NCBI GenBank assembly: GCA_963666285.1
Contig: OY762711.1
Direction: 5' to 3' (one strand)
DNA length: 64,000 nucleotides
Source: Sedimentisphaerales bacterium
GTDB lineage: Bacteria > Planctomycetota > Phycisphaerae > Sedimentisphaerales > SM23-30
Part shown: positions 41,351 through 51,735 of the stretch, piece by piece
Position numbering within the stretch: the stretch's first letter is position 1
How the letters are laid out: the number at the start of each line of letters is the position of its first letter
Translations under genes and position numbers: made by a program
The notes under the pieces: model-generated
Database searches by the model: none
What the model was told of the DNA's origin: nothing
Seen by the model: the letters and a program-made list of their open reading frames with translations, nothing else

Positions 41351-42310
41351 TTATTCCAGCTCAATCCTGGCATCAACCAGGGCATATGCCATATCAACAA
41401 TCAGATTAAAGATTATGATTACACTGGAAAACATCAATACTGTCGCCAGTATCATCGCCCGGTCGCGGTTTTGAACACTGTTTACAAAGTGCTGGCCAAT
41501 ACCGGGAATGTTGTAAATGCTTTCTACAACGAAAGATCCCATCATTATCGCTGCCAGTGCCGGACCAAGGTAACTCAAGACCGGCAAAAATGCGTTCTTC
41601 AACGCATGCTTCCAGATTACTTGACGCTCACTTATTCCTTTCGCGCGAGCTGTACGAATATAATCACTGCCCATTACATCCATCATCCCCAGCCGAGTCA
41701 GCCTGGCAATATAAGCCATAAAAGGAAGCGACAGAGTCAACGCCGGCAGCCATATCTGACTTATCATTCCCCAGCCGCCGACCGGAAACCACTCCAGCCA
41801 TATCGTAAAAACTATAAGTAATGATATACCAACAACAAACGACGGTAGAGAGATACCTATCAAAGATAGGCCAAGTGTAGCGTAATCAATTGTACTACCC
41901 CGCTTTATCGCACTTATTACACCCGCCGGGATACCGACCGCGCACGCTATCAGCATCGCCACCAGTCCCAGACATACCGACACCGGCAGCGAAGATGCTA
42001 TTATCTGGTTACAGGTCCAATCGCGATATTGCCAGGACGGTCCAAGATCTATCAATGGACCTTCGCCCTTGATCGCTTTTACCGGTTGGAACAATCCGGA
42101 AAGGTAGCTGAAATAAAATGTTACGTTATCATCAGCTTTATACTTGGCCATAATGGCACGCGAAGAAGCCTCGTCTGCACTTCGCTCGCCTGACTGAAAA
42201 GGGTTGCCCGGCACTGTAACTACCATCAGAAAGGTAATTGTATAGATTGCCCAGAGCAAAACCGGGAAAAACAATAATCTTTTAGCCACGTATTTCAGCA
42301 TGGCAAACAT
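41351..42310 (-). CDS. oppB: Oligopeptide ABC permease (OppB-like), stand-alone
   Basis: VPGNPF, DLGPS, SLPSFV, DYIRTARAKG, KHALKNA, VESIYNIPGIG. Confidence 0.85.
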   Translation of the reverse strand: MFAMLKYVAKRLLFFPVLLWAIYTITFLMVVTVPGNPFQSGERSADEASSRAIMAKYKADDNVTFYFSYLSGLFQPVKAIKGEGPLIDLGPSWQYRDWTCNQIIASSLPVSVCLGLVAMLIACAVGIPAGVISAIKRGSTIDYATLGLSLIGISLPSFVVGISLLIVFTIWLEWFPVGGWGMISQIWLPALTLSLPFMAYIARLTRLGMMDVMGSDYIRTARAKGISERQVIWKHALKNAFLPVLSYLGPALAAIMMGSFVVESIYNIPGIGQHFVNSVQNRDRAMILATVLMFSSVIIIFNLIVDMAYALVDARIELE

Positions 42311-42691
42311 TATAATGCAGACACAACAAATTCACAACTCTTATCATCAAGACCTAACTGCACTTAGATATTTTTTTCATAAAAATATCAAATAATCAGT
42401 GGTCGATCTGACAAATGACCAGTAAAATTAATTAGTTATAATCGCAAAGCATCTTCTTTTTGCCTGATTTTAGAAGATGCTGTATCTGCACGTGCCTGGT
42501 CATTCACCCCTGATTCTATTTATTGAATTATTTTGCGCAAACATTATGCGATTCTATATTATCGACCAGTAAACTTATGCAGAAAGCCAGCCAAACATTA
42601 CCAGGCAATTTTGAGGTCTTAACAATATAAAGTTCTTATATAAGCAGCTTTATGGAAGAAAAGGTTTTATGAAAGAAAAGGTTTAGCACAT

Positions 42692-42720
42692 TCTCAAACT
42701 GGTCCAGGACCAGTTTGAGA
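42692..42720. repeat. REP-like palindrome variant
   Basis: TCTCAAACTGGTCC-a-GGACCAGTTTGAGA. Confidence 0.8.
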
Positions 42721-42809
42721 TATTATATAAAAACATACATAGCTGTCAGATTTATCTATAAACTTCTGCAAACGAGGTTTACGTTGTGAGGAGCCCCGCT
42801 GCGTGAAAC

Positions 42810-45800
42810 TTATTCTCCAGCGGGACTTATATCTTCAGCACCTATCTCGGATCTATTACTGTCAGTAATTATCTCGGAATTCTTATCTTCCGGTTTAGCT
42901 TCAGACTTTTTCCCTTCCTGAACAATCACAGGAGCATTTTCCTGACTTACTGTAACTGGAAACTTAATATCTGATGATCGAAGATGCAAATCTCGCTGCG
43001 GGAATGCAATTTCAATATTGTTCTTCCTGAACTCAGCATCAATATCACAATTTATCTTATGCCAGACCTTTAGATAATCATCAATATCCGATATATATAC
43101 CCTCAACTCAAAATCAAGGGTACTATCACCAAAGCCGGTGAAGATAACCTTCGGCTTCGGGTCTTCCTGGGATACTTTCTTACATGATCGAGCTATCTTA
43201 AATAGCGTCTCTTCTACCCTCTTTATATCTGAACCATAAGCAACGCCAACATTAAAATCTATACGCAAAACCTCATCTGAAAGTGTCCAGTTAATCAGTC
43301 TGCCGGTAATGAATTCCTTATTTGGAACTAAAAGTTCCTTCCTGTCCCATTTTACTATCGTTGTTGCACGAATCTTTATCTGGCTGACCTGGCCGCTGAC
43401 ATCGCCAATAGTAACATAATCACCAACTCTAACCGGCTGCTCAAACAATATAATCAAACCTGAAATAAAATTCGCAAATATCTCCTGTAAACCAAAACCT
43501 AAACCAACCGAAACCGCCGCAATCAGCCATTGTACCGTTTGCCATCGTAAACCTAATGCCGCACAAGCGTAAATCACACCGGCAATAGTAATGATGTATT
43601 TCACCATTGTAGTAAAGGCAAATCTGGTACCAGATGCTATCTCAAGTTTCTGCAGGATAAAGATTTCCATCAAACCAGGAATATTTTTGGAGGTAAATAT
43701 GGTCAGAATTATTATGATAACCGCTTTAAAGGTACTACCTAAAGTAATTACATTTACACCACCTAATCCATCCTCTGTACTCCCCAGCTTGATCTGCTCT
43801 ATTGCTTCCAATGCTGGTAATGTCGATTTCCATATCCACCAGAAACCGAGCAGGACAACAAACGTTGTTGCAACGTTAATAATTTGACGTGACTGCTTTG
43901 AAAGATTCAGAATTGAATCATGAATTTCGTCAAATTTCACCTCTACGCTATCTGCTTTTTCCTGATTTTCCTGCTTCTGCTGCAAATATTTCTTGAGTAC
44001 AAGTCTTCTCCTGGAAACGTATAACCATCGTAATATCAACCTGTTAACAAACAATACAGCAAGGAAAAACAGCAAAGATTTTGCCAGGTGATAATGAAGA
44101 AGTCTCGCTGCGTTTATATATCCCACCATTGAAATAATACAGAAAATAAACGGAACAATTATTACCAAAATAAACCACACCCTGATAAGTTTGTGAATTC
44201 GTACGCTTGAATTCATTTCCTGCATATTACCAACAATAGAACCATTGGGATTAAAAACAATAAAAAGAAACGCGGTCACAAAAATCTGCTCAACCAAAAA
44301 TATCGACCTTAAACCGGCATTTTTAATATCCAGGTGTAATGGCAGACTTTCCAGCGTTGAATACAAAAATGTCAGGACAATAACGCAAACATAAAACCAG
44401 AGCAAATGTTTCCGAAAAGCAACCTGAGACTTTTTATCAAATTTCAGGTGAGTACATAATCCACCGGGAATTGTAAACCATCGCAACAGGAAAAACATGA
44501 GTGTTATTGTCGTAATGTTCTGTAAACCTGAATACAATTCCGAACCTGAACTAGAAGCCACAATCGATACAGAATATCTCCAGGCCAGAAAAGCCAACAA
44601 AAGAGGTACAGGTAATGCTGCAATAGTAGAAAGAAAGGTGGTATTTACAGTGTATAAGAACCTGTCTGTAGCAGCCTGTTTTATTTTTTCAGTATAACTA
44701 TTGATCCTGGAACGAAACCAGAATCTCGAAGCGGATAATATTATAATAACCAACAGCGTCATATAATATGAGACAGAATTAATTTTAAAATCTGTGACAT
44801 ATGAATTAAAGTCACGAACATATATCTTTTTATCAAATAGAGCCTTTAATGCTGATAGTGTATGCTTGATCTGATTCTTCTCGAAAGATGACCTGCTCTT
44901 AATCCAGAGAAGATTTTTTTCAATCAACATACTATATTCCTGAACAATATCGATAAGATCACGTTCTTCAGCATCTAACTGAGCCAGAGAGCTTAAATAA
45001 TTAATATAATCCCCTGATATCATACTCAGCAATTGCCTTTCCTGTTCAAGGTACTGCTTCAACTCATCAAGATACCTGCCATATTCAGAATCATTTTTTG
45101 TGATATCTACACGGGCGAGCATTTCTTCAGCTCTAGCTTCAATATTTAACAACTCTGTCCATTTAGCATCAGTAGTATGCCATTCAAGCTGTGCAGATGA
45201 AATTAAATCAAATCGTAACTTGATATTCTTTGAATACTGCTTGATTTCCGGAAGATTATCTTTCTTGGTCTGAAGAAGCATTCCCATTGTACTGGTAACT
45301 TTTTCAGTTTTACCGATAAGTTCTTTTGTCTTTGTGAAATCACCCTCAGTCTGAGTTTTTAATGATGATATCTGATTTAACTCTTTTGTTACAGACTCGA
45401 TTTTTTTCAACAAACCAGCTTGAGTTTCCGTCAACCTGCCTATTTCCTGTGCAACTTCTTTTGCGGCATCATTAGAATATTTCGCCTGCTGAGCAGTAGA
45501 TTGAGCCTCCTGCTTTACCTGCTGCAGATTTCTTTTGCGGATTTGATTTACCACACCCTGCCAGTTCTCAACCTTCTTTTCATTAGCCGCCAAAATTTTA
45601 GCAGCCAGTTCTCTACGAAGCGGAAGCACAGTTTTTGCTGCTTCGTATGCTTTCATTTCTTCCTGTAAAGTTTCTATCTGGACTCTATTAAGCTGAATCT
45701 TTACTTGATTTTTTAAGAAGTCAATATATGCTAAGCCGTTTTGTGCTGTTATATCTACAGGAGGTTTGAGACTGGTAAGAGATGAAAGAGACTCAGTCGC

Positions 45801-46340
45801 TTTTGAAATAGCTTCAGGTATTTCAGTAGTTCTTTTTGCCCTGCGCTGCGGCTCGTTCTCAAATTTAGCACTGATCTGCTTGGCATTATTAAAGTCCAGC
45901 TGGACCTGTGCCAGTTTACTCTCCGCTTCAGAAATAGTCAGTTCTTCACTTACCTTTTCTGCCGGTATCTCTTTTTTAGCATCTGCAATCTGCTTTTCCA
46001 GCTGCTCTTTATCAGCCGGAGCGTTTTTTTGCATCTGGATATAATTAGTCCTCTGAGCTTCCAGCTCTTTTATCTGCTCCAGATCTTTAATGACCTGATT
46101 ATATCCTGCCTCAAAACGAGCCAGATCTTCCGGTGACACATTTGCCTGAGCTGTAAAATCTTTTTTAAGCTGATTTACCTGATCAATAGTAACGACTACT
46201 ACCTCATCGCTTATTCCATTAGCAGCAAGTGAGAGAGTATTGCTATTGGCATCAGTATCCTGTCCAAAACTGACAGCAGGATTTATTACCAGCAACAACA
46301 ACAGACATAGAAACAATGCTGACCTAATTATTTTCACCAT
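42810..46340 (-). CDS. mscK: MscK/KefA-like mechanosensitive channel
   Basis: Signal peptide, long coiled coil, many TMs, AVSVGLGFGLQEIFANFISGLIILFEQPVRVGD, VPNKEFIT, IAFPQRD. Confidence 0.88.
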   Translation of the reverse strand: MVKIIRSALFLCLLLLLVINPAVSFGQDTDANSNTLSLAANGISDEVVVVTIDQVNQLKKDFTAQANVSPEDLARFEAGYNQVIKDLEQIKELEAQRTNYIQMQKNAPADKEQLEKQIADAKKEIPAEKVSEELTISEAESKLAQVQLDFNNAKQISAKFENEPQRRAKRTTEIPEAISKATESLSSLTSLKPPVDITAQNGLAYIDFLKNQVKIQLNRVQIETLQEEMKAYEAAKTVLPLRRELAAKILAANEKKVENWQGVVNQIRKRNLQQVKQEAQSTAQQAKYSNDAAKEVAQEIGRLTETQAGLLKKIESVTKELNQISSLKTQTEGDFTKTKELIGKTEKVTSTMGMLLQTKKDNLPEIKQYSKNIKLRFDLISSAQLEWHTTDAKWTELLNIEARAEEMLARVDITKNDSEYGRYLDELKQYLEQERQLLSMISGDYINYLSSLAQLDAEERDLIDIVQEYSMLIEKNLLWIKSRSSFEKNQIKHTLSALKALFDKKIYVRDFNSYVTDFKINSVSYYMTLLVIIILSASRFWFRSRINSYTEKIKQAATDRFLYTVNTTFLSTIAALPVPLLLAFLAWRYSVSIVASSSGSELYSGLQNITTITLMFFLLRWFTIPGGLCTHLKFDKKSQVAFRKHLLWFYVCVIVLTFLYSTLESLPLHLDIKNAGLRSIFLVEQIFVTAFLFIVFNPNGSIVGNMQEMNSSVRIHKLIRVWFILVIIVPFIFCIISMVGYINAARLLHYHLAKSLLFFLAVLFVNRLILRWLYVSRRRLVLKKYLQQKQENQEKADSVEVKFDEIHDSILNLSKQSRQIINVATTFVVLLGFWWIWKSTLPALEAIEQIKLGSTEDGLGGVNVITLGSTFKAVIIIILTIFTSKNIPGLMEIFILQKLEIASGTRFAFTTMVKYIITIAGVIYACAALGLRWQTVQWLIAAVSVGLGFGLQEIFANFISGLIILFEQPVRVGDYVTIGDVSGQVSQIKIRATTIVKWDRKELLVPNKEFITGRLINWTLSDEVLRIDFNVGVAYGSDIKRVEETLFKIARSCKKVSQEDPKPKVIFTGFGDSTLDFELRVYISDIDDYLKVWHKINCDIDAEFRKNNIEIAFPQRDLHLRSSDIKFPVTVSQENAPVIVQEGKKSEAKPEDKNSEIITDSNRSEIGAEDISPAGE

Positions 46341-46387
46341 ATTACTCCTCGTATAATAAATACCGGAAGGTTAAGAGTACCAAAGAA

Positions 46388-47464
46388 TTAAAACCACTTA
46401 TTCCTCTTGAAAAGGTATAACATTATAATAGTCATTACAAACATAATACCCCAGACGGAAGGATATCCCCATTTCCACCCCAGCTCTGGCATATTCACAA
46501 AATTCATCCCGTAAATTCCCGCAATGAAAGTCAGTGGAATAAATATTGTGGCAATTATTGTAAGAACCTTCATTACTGAATTCATCTTATGACTTACACT
46601 AGACAGGTAAAGGTCCAGTAAACTGGAAACCATTTCACGGAAGGTGTCCACTGAATCTGCAACCCCGTTCGAATGATCAAAAACATCCGACATATATGGC
46701 ATAACAGTGTCACTGAAAAAATCAGTCTCACTCTTTGCCAGTGAGCCAAGCATCTCTCGCGATGCCCAGTTCGCCTTTCGTAGAATATGTAAATCACCTT
46801 TTATACTATGAATCTTCTGAACTATATCCGGCTGCGGGTTTACAAAAACCTGGTCTTCGAGCTTTTCGATTAATTCAGCTTCAGTTTCAAGTATTGAGTA
46901 ATAACTGTCTACAATTGCATCCAGTAAACTGTAGGCCATATAGTCGGTCGAAAGCTTCCTGATCCTTCCTTTATCATTTCTTATCCTGTTTCTGATTGAA
47001 TCAAAAACATCACCGGGCTGCTCCTGAAAAGTAATAACCACATTATCAATAAGAATAATACTTACCTGCTCAGATTTAATAGTTTGATTATCAGTATCAT
47101 ATGACAGCATCTTTAAAACAATAAATAAATAATCACCAAAATCCTCATACTTAGGCCGCTGTCCGGTATTGACAATATCTTCAAGTACGAGTGGATGAAT
47201 ATTATACTTTTTACCGATCACCTGAATAACTGACACATCATGCAGGCCGTCTATATTTATCCAGTTGACACAATCACTTTTGACATAATCTGAAATAGTG
47301 TCGATTGTGACATCTTCTTGTTCAAATACACTATCCTTATTATAGGATATTGAGGTAATAAAAACTTTTTCAGTTTTCTTTTCTCCAACATGAACCATCG
47401 TCCCAGGAGGCATACCTGCTTTTTTTGACTGTCTCGTTATTTTCTTGTTCAAATGCCAGTTCAT
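46388..47464 (-). CDS. corA: Magnesium/cobalt transporter
   Basis: GMPPGT, HPLVLEDI, QRPK, PLTFIAGIYGMNFVNMPEL. Confidence 0.95.
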   Translation of the reverse strand: MNWHLNKKITRQSKKAGMPPGTMVHVGEKKTEKVFITSISYNKDSVFEQEDVTIDTISDYVKSDCVNWINIDGLHDVSVIQVIGKKYNIHPLVLEDIVNTGQRPKYEDFGDYLFIVLKMLSYDTDNQTIKSEQVSIILIDNVVITFQEQPGDVFDSIRNRIRNDKGRIRKLSTDYMAYSLLDAIVDSYYSILETEAELIEKLEDQVFVNPQPDIVQKIHSIKGDLHILRKANWASREMLGSLAKSETDFFSDTVMPYMSDVFDHSNGVADSVDTFREMVSSLLDLYLSSVSHKMNSVMKVLTIIATIFIPLTFIAGIYGMNFVNMPELGWKWGYPSVWGIMFVMTIIMLYLFKRNKWF

Positions 47465-47477
47465 AACAATACCTGTA

Positions 47478-48530
47478 TTAAGCTAATGTTTGTTTTTCCA
47501 TTTCGACACGCAGCTTTGGAAGTTTATCTGAATGATTTTCATTTATAAATTTAACAAGCTTTTCTCTCACTTCGCACCTTAAATTCCATGCCGTCGGCCC
47601 GTCACAGGCACTCATAAGAGCACGCAGCTCGATTGTCTTTTCTGTAGTATTAGTAACTTGCAGCACGCAGCACTTTTTATCCCAATACTCCGACCCTTCA
47701 AGAATAATCCGCAACTGATCGCGAATATCATCTATAGGTGCATTATAATCCGCATACACAAATACTGAGCCCAGTAGATCAGCCGATGTCCTGGTCCAGT
47801 TTTGAAAAGGTCTTTCAATAAAATATGTTATCGGCACAATAAGCCTGCGCAGATCCCAGATTCTCACTACAACGTAAGTTAAATTGATTTCTTCTATCCA
47901 ACCCCATTCGTTTTCCACAATTACAACATCATCTATCCGTATTGGCTGGGTAAATGCTATCTGAAGCCCGGCGATAAACGTAGCAATAGTTTTTTGAGCC
48001 GCCATACCAACAACAATACTCAATATCCCGGCAGAAGCCAAAATCGTTGTGCCAAGCTGCCTGACTCTCTCAAAAGTCATCAATATTGTACCAAGAGCAA
48101 CAATGAAAACTATAACAAGAATAATCCTCCTTGTAACCTTTAGCTGAGTATGAACTTTCCTGGCTTTCAGATTATCTTTTCGGCCAACATCGAACCGGGC
48201 TAATACCACCTCCTCAATAACACTGGTTAACCTGATAATCAGCCAGGATATAACTACAATAAGTAGTATTGCAACTAACTGTTTAGCTGCTTTTTCAATA
48301 TCCTGCGGAAACTTGGCAAGCGTAATAAATAGATTAAAAGAGAATAGGATAATCATCCACTGCAGCGGCTGCCTGCATTTTCTTAATACAGAATTAGATA
48401 AGGCAAAAGTTTCGCTTTTACCAAACTTCTTGAGAATATATGAACTTACAAGCAGGGCTGCTGCTACAAGCCCGGCGAATACTATTACCTGAAACATATA
48501 CTGACTTAGATATTCATATAAATTTTCCAT
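47478..48530 (-). CDS. MscS family mechanosensitive channel
   Basis: LASAG, AGLQIAFTQPIRIDDVVIVENEWG.IEEI.LTYVVV, PFQNW. Confidence 0.9.
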   Translation of the reverse strand: MENLYEYLSQYMFQVIVFAGLVAAALLVSSYILKKFGKSETFALSNSVLRKCRQPLQWMIILFSFNLFITLAKFPQDIEKAAKQLVAILLIVVISWLIIRLTSVIEEVVLARFDVGRKDNLKARKVHTQLKVTRRIILVIVFIVALGTILMTFERVRQLGTTILASAGILSIVVGMAAQKTIATFIAGLQIAFTQPIRIDDVVIVENEWGWIEEINLTYVVVRIWDLRRLIVPITYFIERPFQNWTRTSADLLGSVFVYADYNAPIDDIRDQLRIILEGSEYWDKKCCVLQVTNTTEKTIELRALMSACDGPTAWNLRCEVREKLVKFINENHSDKLPKLRVEMEKQTLA

Positions 48531-48718
48531 AGCACCGTCACCATCATAATTTCTTTTATTAAACACACTTACCTGCTGGAAAGCGGACAGTTGCTTCTAA
48601 TAATTATATGCCTCTGATAAAATGATAAGCAAATAAAAACGGCTCTGCAAGAGTTAACTTAAAACGCTTGAAAAAACTGACAAAACCAGAAATTGCAGGA
48701 TAATTCCATCATAATCAT

Positions 48719-50863
48719 CTACAAAGACCTGATCAGCATTGCCAGAAGCAGGCTGCGGTCTATTATGCTCGCACGCACAATCTTTTCTTTCCTGCTTTCA
48801 TCCCATTCACCAAGCGGCCCCATCCCGCCAATTCGCGGTTTATCTCCTTTTACATTACATAACTCAGATGACGACCAGCGATGCTCCGGTTTTACCCTTA
48901 CATCAATAGACTTGGCAACAGATTTAGTAGCCTCAAATAAAGCGTCATTTTTGTCACATTGCGGCATAGGTAACCGATGTATGCCGCCATCAAAAATTAC
49001 CTCTATATCTTTCTTAAGTTTACCGGGAGAAGCCAGCTTACGGACACGTTTATCAATACTGTCGAAAGATTCCAGGCAGTTAAACCTTACACTCAACCCG
49101 GCAGAGCCGAAAGCCGTAGCCCGAAAAATATTTGACTTAAACGAGATATCATATGGTGATATCACAACCGTATCATCATTTTGCGATAGTTCACTGATAT
49201 TCATCAAAGTTTTATTGAACAGAGTTGAAACAGAGACAACTTTTTCCGGTTCGATATTATTTTTTAACCTGATTGTATATCGATATGAAGCAGAACCCGA
49301 ACGCGATGTTACAATACCTCCATCCATTGTGCCTCCGTGCATACCAATAATATAGTTTGCATTTAATGACTTAGCATCTATTGCCGGGCCGGAATATTTC
49401 CCGTTCAGGGTATCATCTGTCGATAGCATAATGCCAACTTTTTTCTTCTTTAAGCTGCGAGCAAATTTAAGAGCCTGAAGAGCCGCTACACAAACAGCAA
49501 TTCCACCTTTATTGTCCCAGATACCGGTGCCGGAAATATACCTGTCAGATTCAGAGTAATACAAATGATTGGAAATCCCTACCCTGGTATCAAGAGAAAG
49601 CATAATAAGTACATCCAGATGTTCATCATAAGAATTGGTAAAAAACATAGGATTACCAACTTCAATCTGCGGGTATACCTGATATGTAAAACCAAGCTGG
49701 CTAAGCTCTGACTGTACCATCTGGGAACATTTATTTACACCTTCTGTATTACGGACATATGTATTAATATTTACAAGCTTCTTTAAAAATTTCTCTGTCT
49801 GCGGCTGCCGACCTCGCAGGAAAGTTCTCAACCTGCTGTGCAGCGGTGTCTTTACTGATTTGGGGCTTGGTGTTTCAGCCGGAAAGTCTGTAAAATAGCG
49901 AATCGTCGCGACATCAAGCATTTTTGTCACCATCGACTGATAATCATAACCGGCAACCTGGGCAGCATTGAAATACGAGCCTGTCAGGCCAAGACTGGCC
50001 ATCGAGTTAATCTCCAGCAAGAAAATGTTATCCTGTTGGTCCATACGAATATCTACCCTGGCGAAATCACGGAGGTCAAGAGCCTTAAACGCATCCCTAC
50101 TTAATTTAGCCATCTTTTCAGCTATCTCTTCGGATATATTCGCAGGACATATTTTATTGCGAGGTCGCTGTTTCTTATCACCCTCGGTCTGGATAGCATC
50201 GGGGTCATTTTCAAGATCTATTTCAAGAACCGGAAAGGTCTCAACCGGTGAGTTCCCCAATATCCCGACGCAAAATTCCCTACCTCTGATAAATTGTTCA
50301 ACCAGGGCCTGCTGTTGAAACTCAGTAATAATAAAATGGACAGCCTCCTTCAAATCCTGCTCGTTATAAACAACCTTCAAGCCAAAAGAAACGCTCTCCA
50401 TCTTGGGCTTTACTATCACAGGATACTTAACCGACGACATATCATCATTAGGCGTGCTGAATACCCAATAGTCAGGAGTAGGTAATCCGTTATTTTTCCA
50501 GATAACTTTGGTCAAAACTTTATCAAGGGCAAGTGCATGTCCGGCAGGTGAGGAACCGACGTAAGGTATTCCCAGCATTTCCAGTAGTGACGGGATATGC
50601 GTGTATCTGCATTCTCCCTGGATACCATAAGCCATATTAAAGACCATACCCATTTGTTCGCCTTCGATCACTCTGGGCATAAATTCTTCGAGCCTCTCGA
50701 TAATATATTTATTACCGTCAAGAACCGCGACATTATGCCCAACATTCTCCAGGCATTTCGCAACCCTGAGTACAGTTTTTTCTGAATAAGTTTCCTTATT
50801 CTGCATTCCAAGCTGGTTAATAACACCACTCATATCCTTGTTGTGAATGATAGCGACTTTCAT
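48719..50863 (-). CDS. Ddl-like ATP-grasp ligase fused to M20-peptidase-like domain
   Basis: LEMLGIPYVGS, DK.LTK, PVIVKP, LVEQFIRGREF, ARVDIR, LEINS; C-half LVNINT, G.GIWDNKGG, GMGP.G. Confidence 0.8.
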   Translation of the reverse strand: MKVAIIHNKDMSGVINQLGMQNKETYSEKTVLRVAKCLENVGHNVAVLDGNKYIIERLEEFMPRVIEGEQMGMVFNMAYGIQGECRYTHIPSLLEMLGIPYVGSSPAGHALALDKVLTKVIWKNNGLPTPDYWVFSTPNDDMSSVKYPVIVKPKMESVSFGLKVVYNEQDLKEAVHFIITEFQQQALVEQFIRGREFCVGILGNSPVETFPVLEIDLENDPDAIQTEGDKKQRPRNKICPANISEEIAEKMAKLSRDAFKALDLRDFARVDIRMDQQDNIFLLEINSMASLGLTGSYFNAAQVAGYDYQSMVTKMLDVATIRYFTDFPAETPSPKSVKTPLHSRLRTFLRGRQPQTEKFLKKLVNINTYVRNTEGVNKCSQMVQSELSQLGFTYQVYPQIEVGNPMFFTNSYDEHLDVLIMLSLDTRVGISNHLYYSESDRYISGTGIWDNKGGIAVCVAALQALKFARSLKKKKVGIMLSTDDTLNGKYSGPAIDAKSLNANYIIGMHGGTMDGGIVTSRSGSASYRYTIRLKNNIEPEKVVSVSTLFNKTLMNISELSQNDDTVVISPYDISFKSNIFRATAFGSAGLSVRFNCLESFDSIDKRVRKLASPGKLKKDIEVIFDGGIHRLPMPQCDKNDALFEATKSVAKSIDVRVKPEHRWSSSELCNVKGDKPRIGGMGPLGEWDESRKEKIVRASIIDRSLLLAMLIRSL

Positions 50864-50924
50864 AATTCACCTTTACTATTTGACTTCGCCCGGTCGAGCT
50901 TAAAACCTCTTTCCAAAGACATCT

Positions 50925-51515
50925 CTAAACTGAATTTTCATCAATAAGCCCGCAAATATTCAAAAAATTCTGCATTATTTTTATACCATCCTTACCGGAA
51001 ACTTCCGGATGTGACTGGAAACCATAAACAGGTTTATCCTTATGTTTGAATATTTCGATCGGACAAGCCTGGGAATATCCCAACAGCTCAAAACCTATCG
51101 GCATTTTACTCACACAATGATGATGCTTTTCCCGAAGCATAATTTCAGTCTTATCAATGCCGGCAAATATTGGATCATCCGGCCTGGTTATTGTTACTTT
51201 TTCCATCTTCTGCTGGGGAACAGCCATTCTCTTTACCCGGCCCTGCCAGGCAACCGCAAGAATCTCAAAACCAAGACAAAAACCTATTATAGGAACATCA
51301 TAGTTCATAATAGCGACAAAATTTGCCGTCAAATTCAGCGGTTCCCAAGGGGTACCTTTTCCACCGGAAAGAATTATACCTTGCACCTGTGTATTTTGAG
51401 GCACAATAACAGGCTGGTTGTGGTCAAAAAACATAACATCAAAATCATGCTCACTTAGAAAGTTACGCTTGAATTTCTTTATAAAGCTGCTCTGATTGTC
51501 TATTACGATAAGCAT
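50925..51515 (-). CDS. Stand-alone class I glutamine amidotransferase
   Basis: MLIVIDN, GIILSGG, PIIGFCLG (Cys), FQSHPE (His-Glu). Confidence 0.88.
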   Translation of the reverse strand: MLIVIDNQSSFIKKFKRNFLSEHDFDVMFFDHNQPVIVPQNTQVQGIILSGGKGTPWEPLNLTANFVAIMNYDVPIIGFCLGFEILAVAWQGRVKRMAVPQQKMEKVTITRPDDPIFAGIDKTEIMLREKHHHCVSKMPIGFELLGYSQACPIEIFKHKDKPVYGFQSHPEVSGKDGIKIMQNFLNICGLIDENSV

Positions 51516-51735
51516 AACCATACCATCTTTCAATAGAGGTAAATCGATTAACTATAGACAGATTACTATATCCAGTCGGAATTCTAGTCTTTTTGATCGG
51601 CATGTCTATAGTAATATTTGTTTTTTTGAAAAACGATAAAGCAATATTTCTATTACATTATACTTTAAGCTAGAATCATTCCAACATGAAGTAAAACGAT
51701 AAAAATCTGTTTTGGTTCAGCAGCTTTGATAAATG

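Noticed and set aside
48693..49355. 220-aa plus-strand ORF and many similar overlapping ORFs (e.g. 20944-21486, 25524-26033, 29060-29560)
   Set aside because: Antisense shadows of well-supported genes
48719..51515. Calling these genes ddl and guaA
   Set aside because: The ATP-grasp protein lacks the Ddl N-terminal GG.S.E motif and has an extra domain; the GATase has no GMP-synthetase domain
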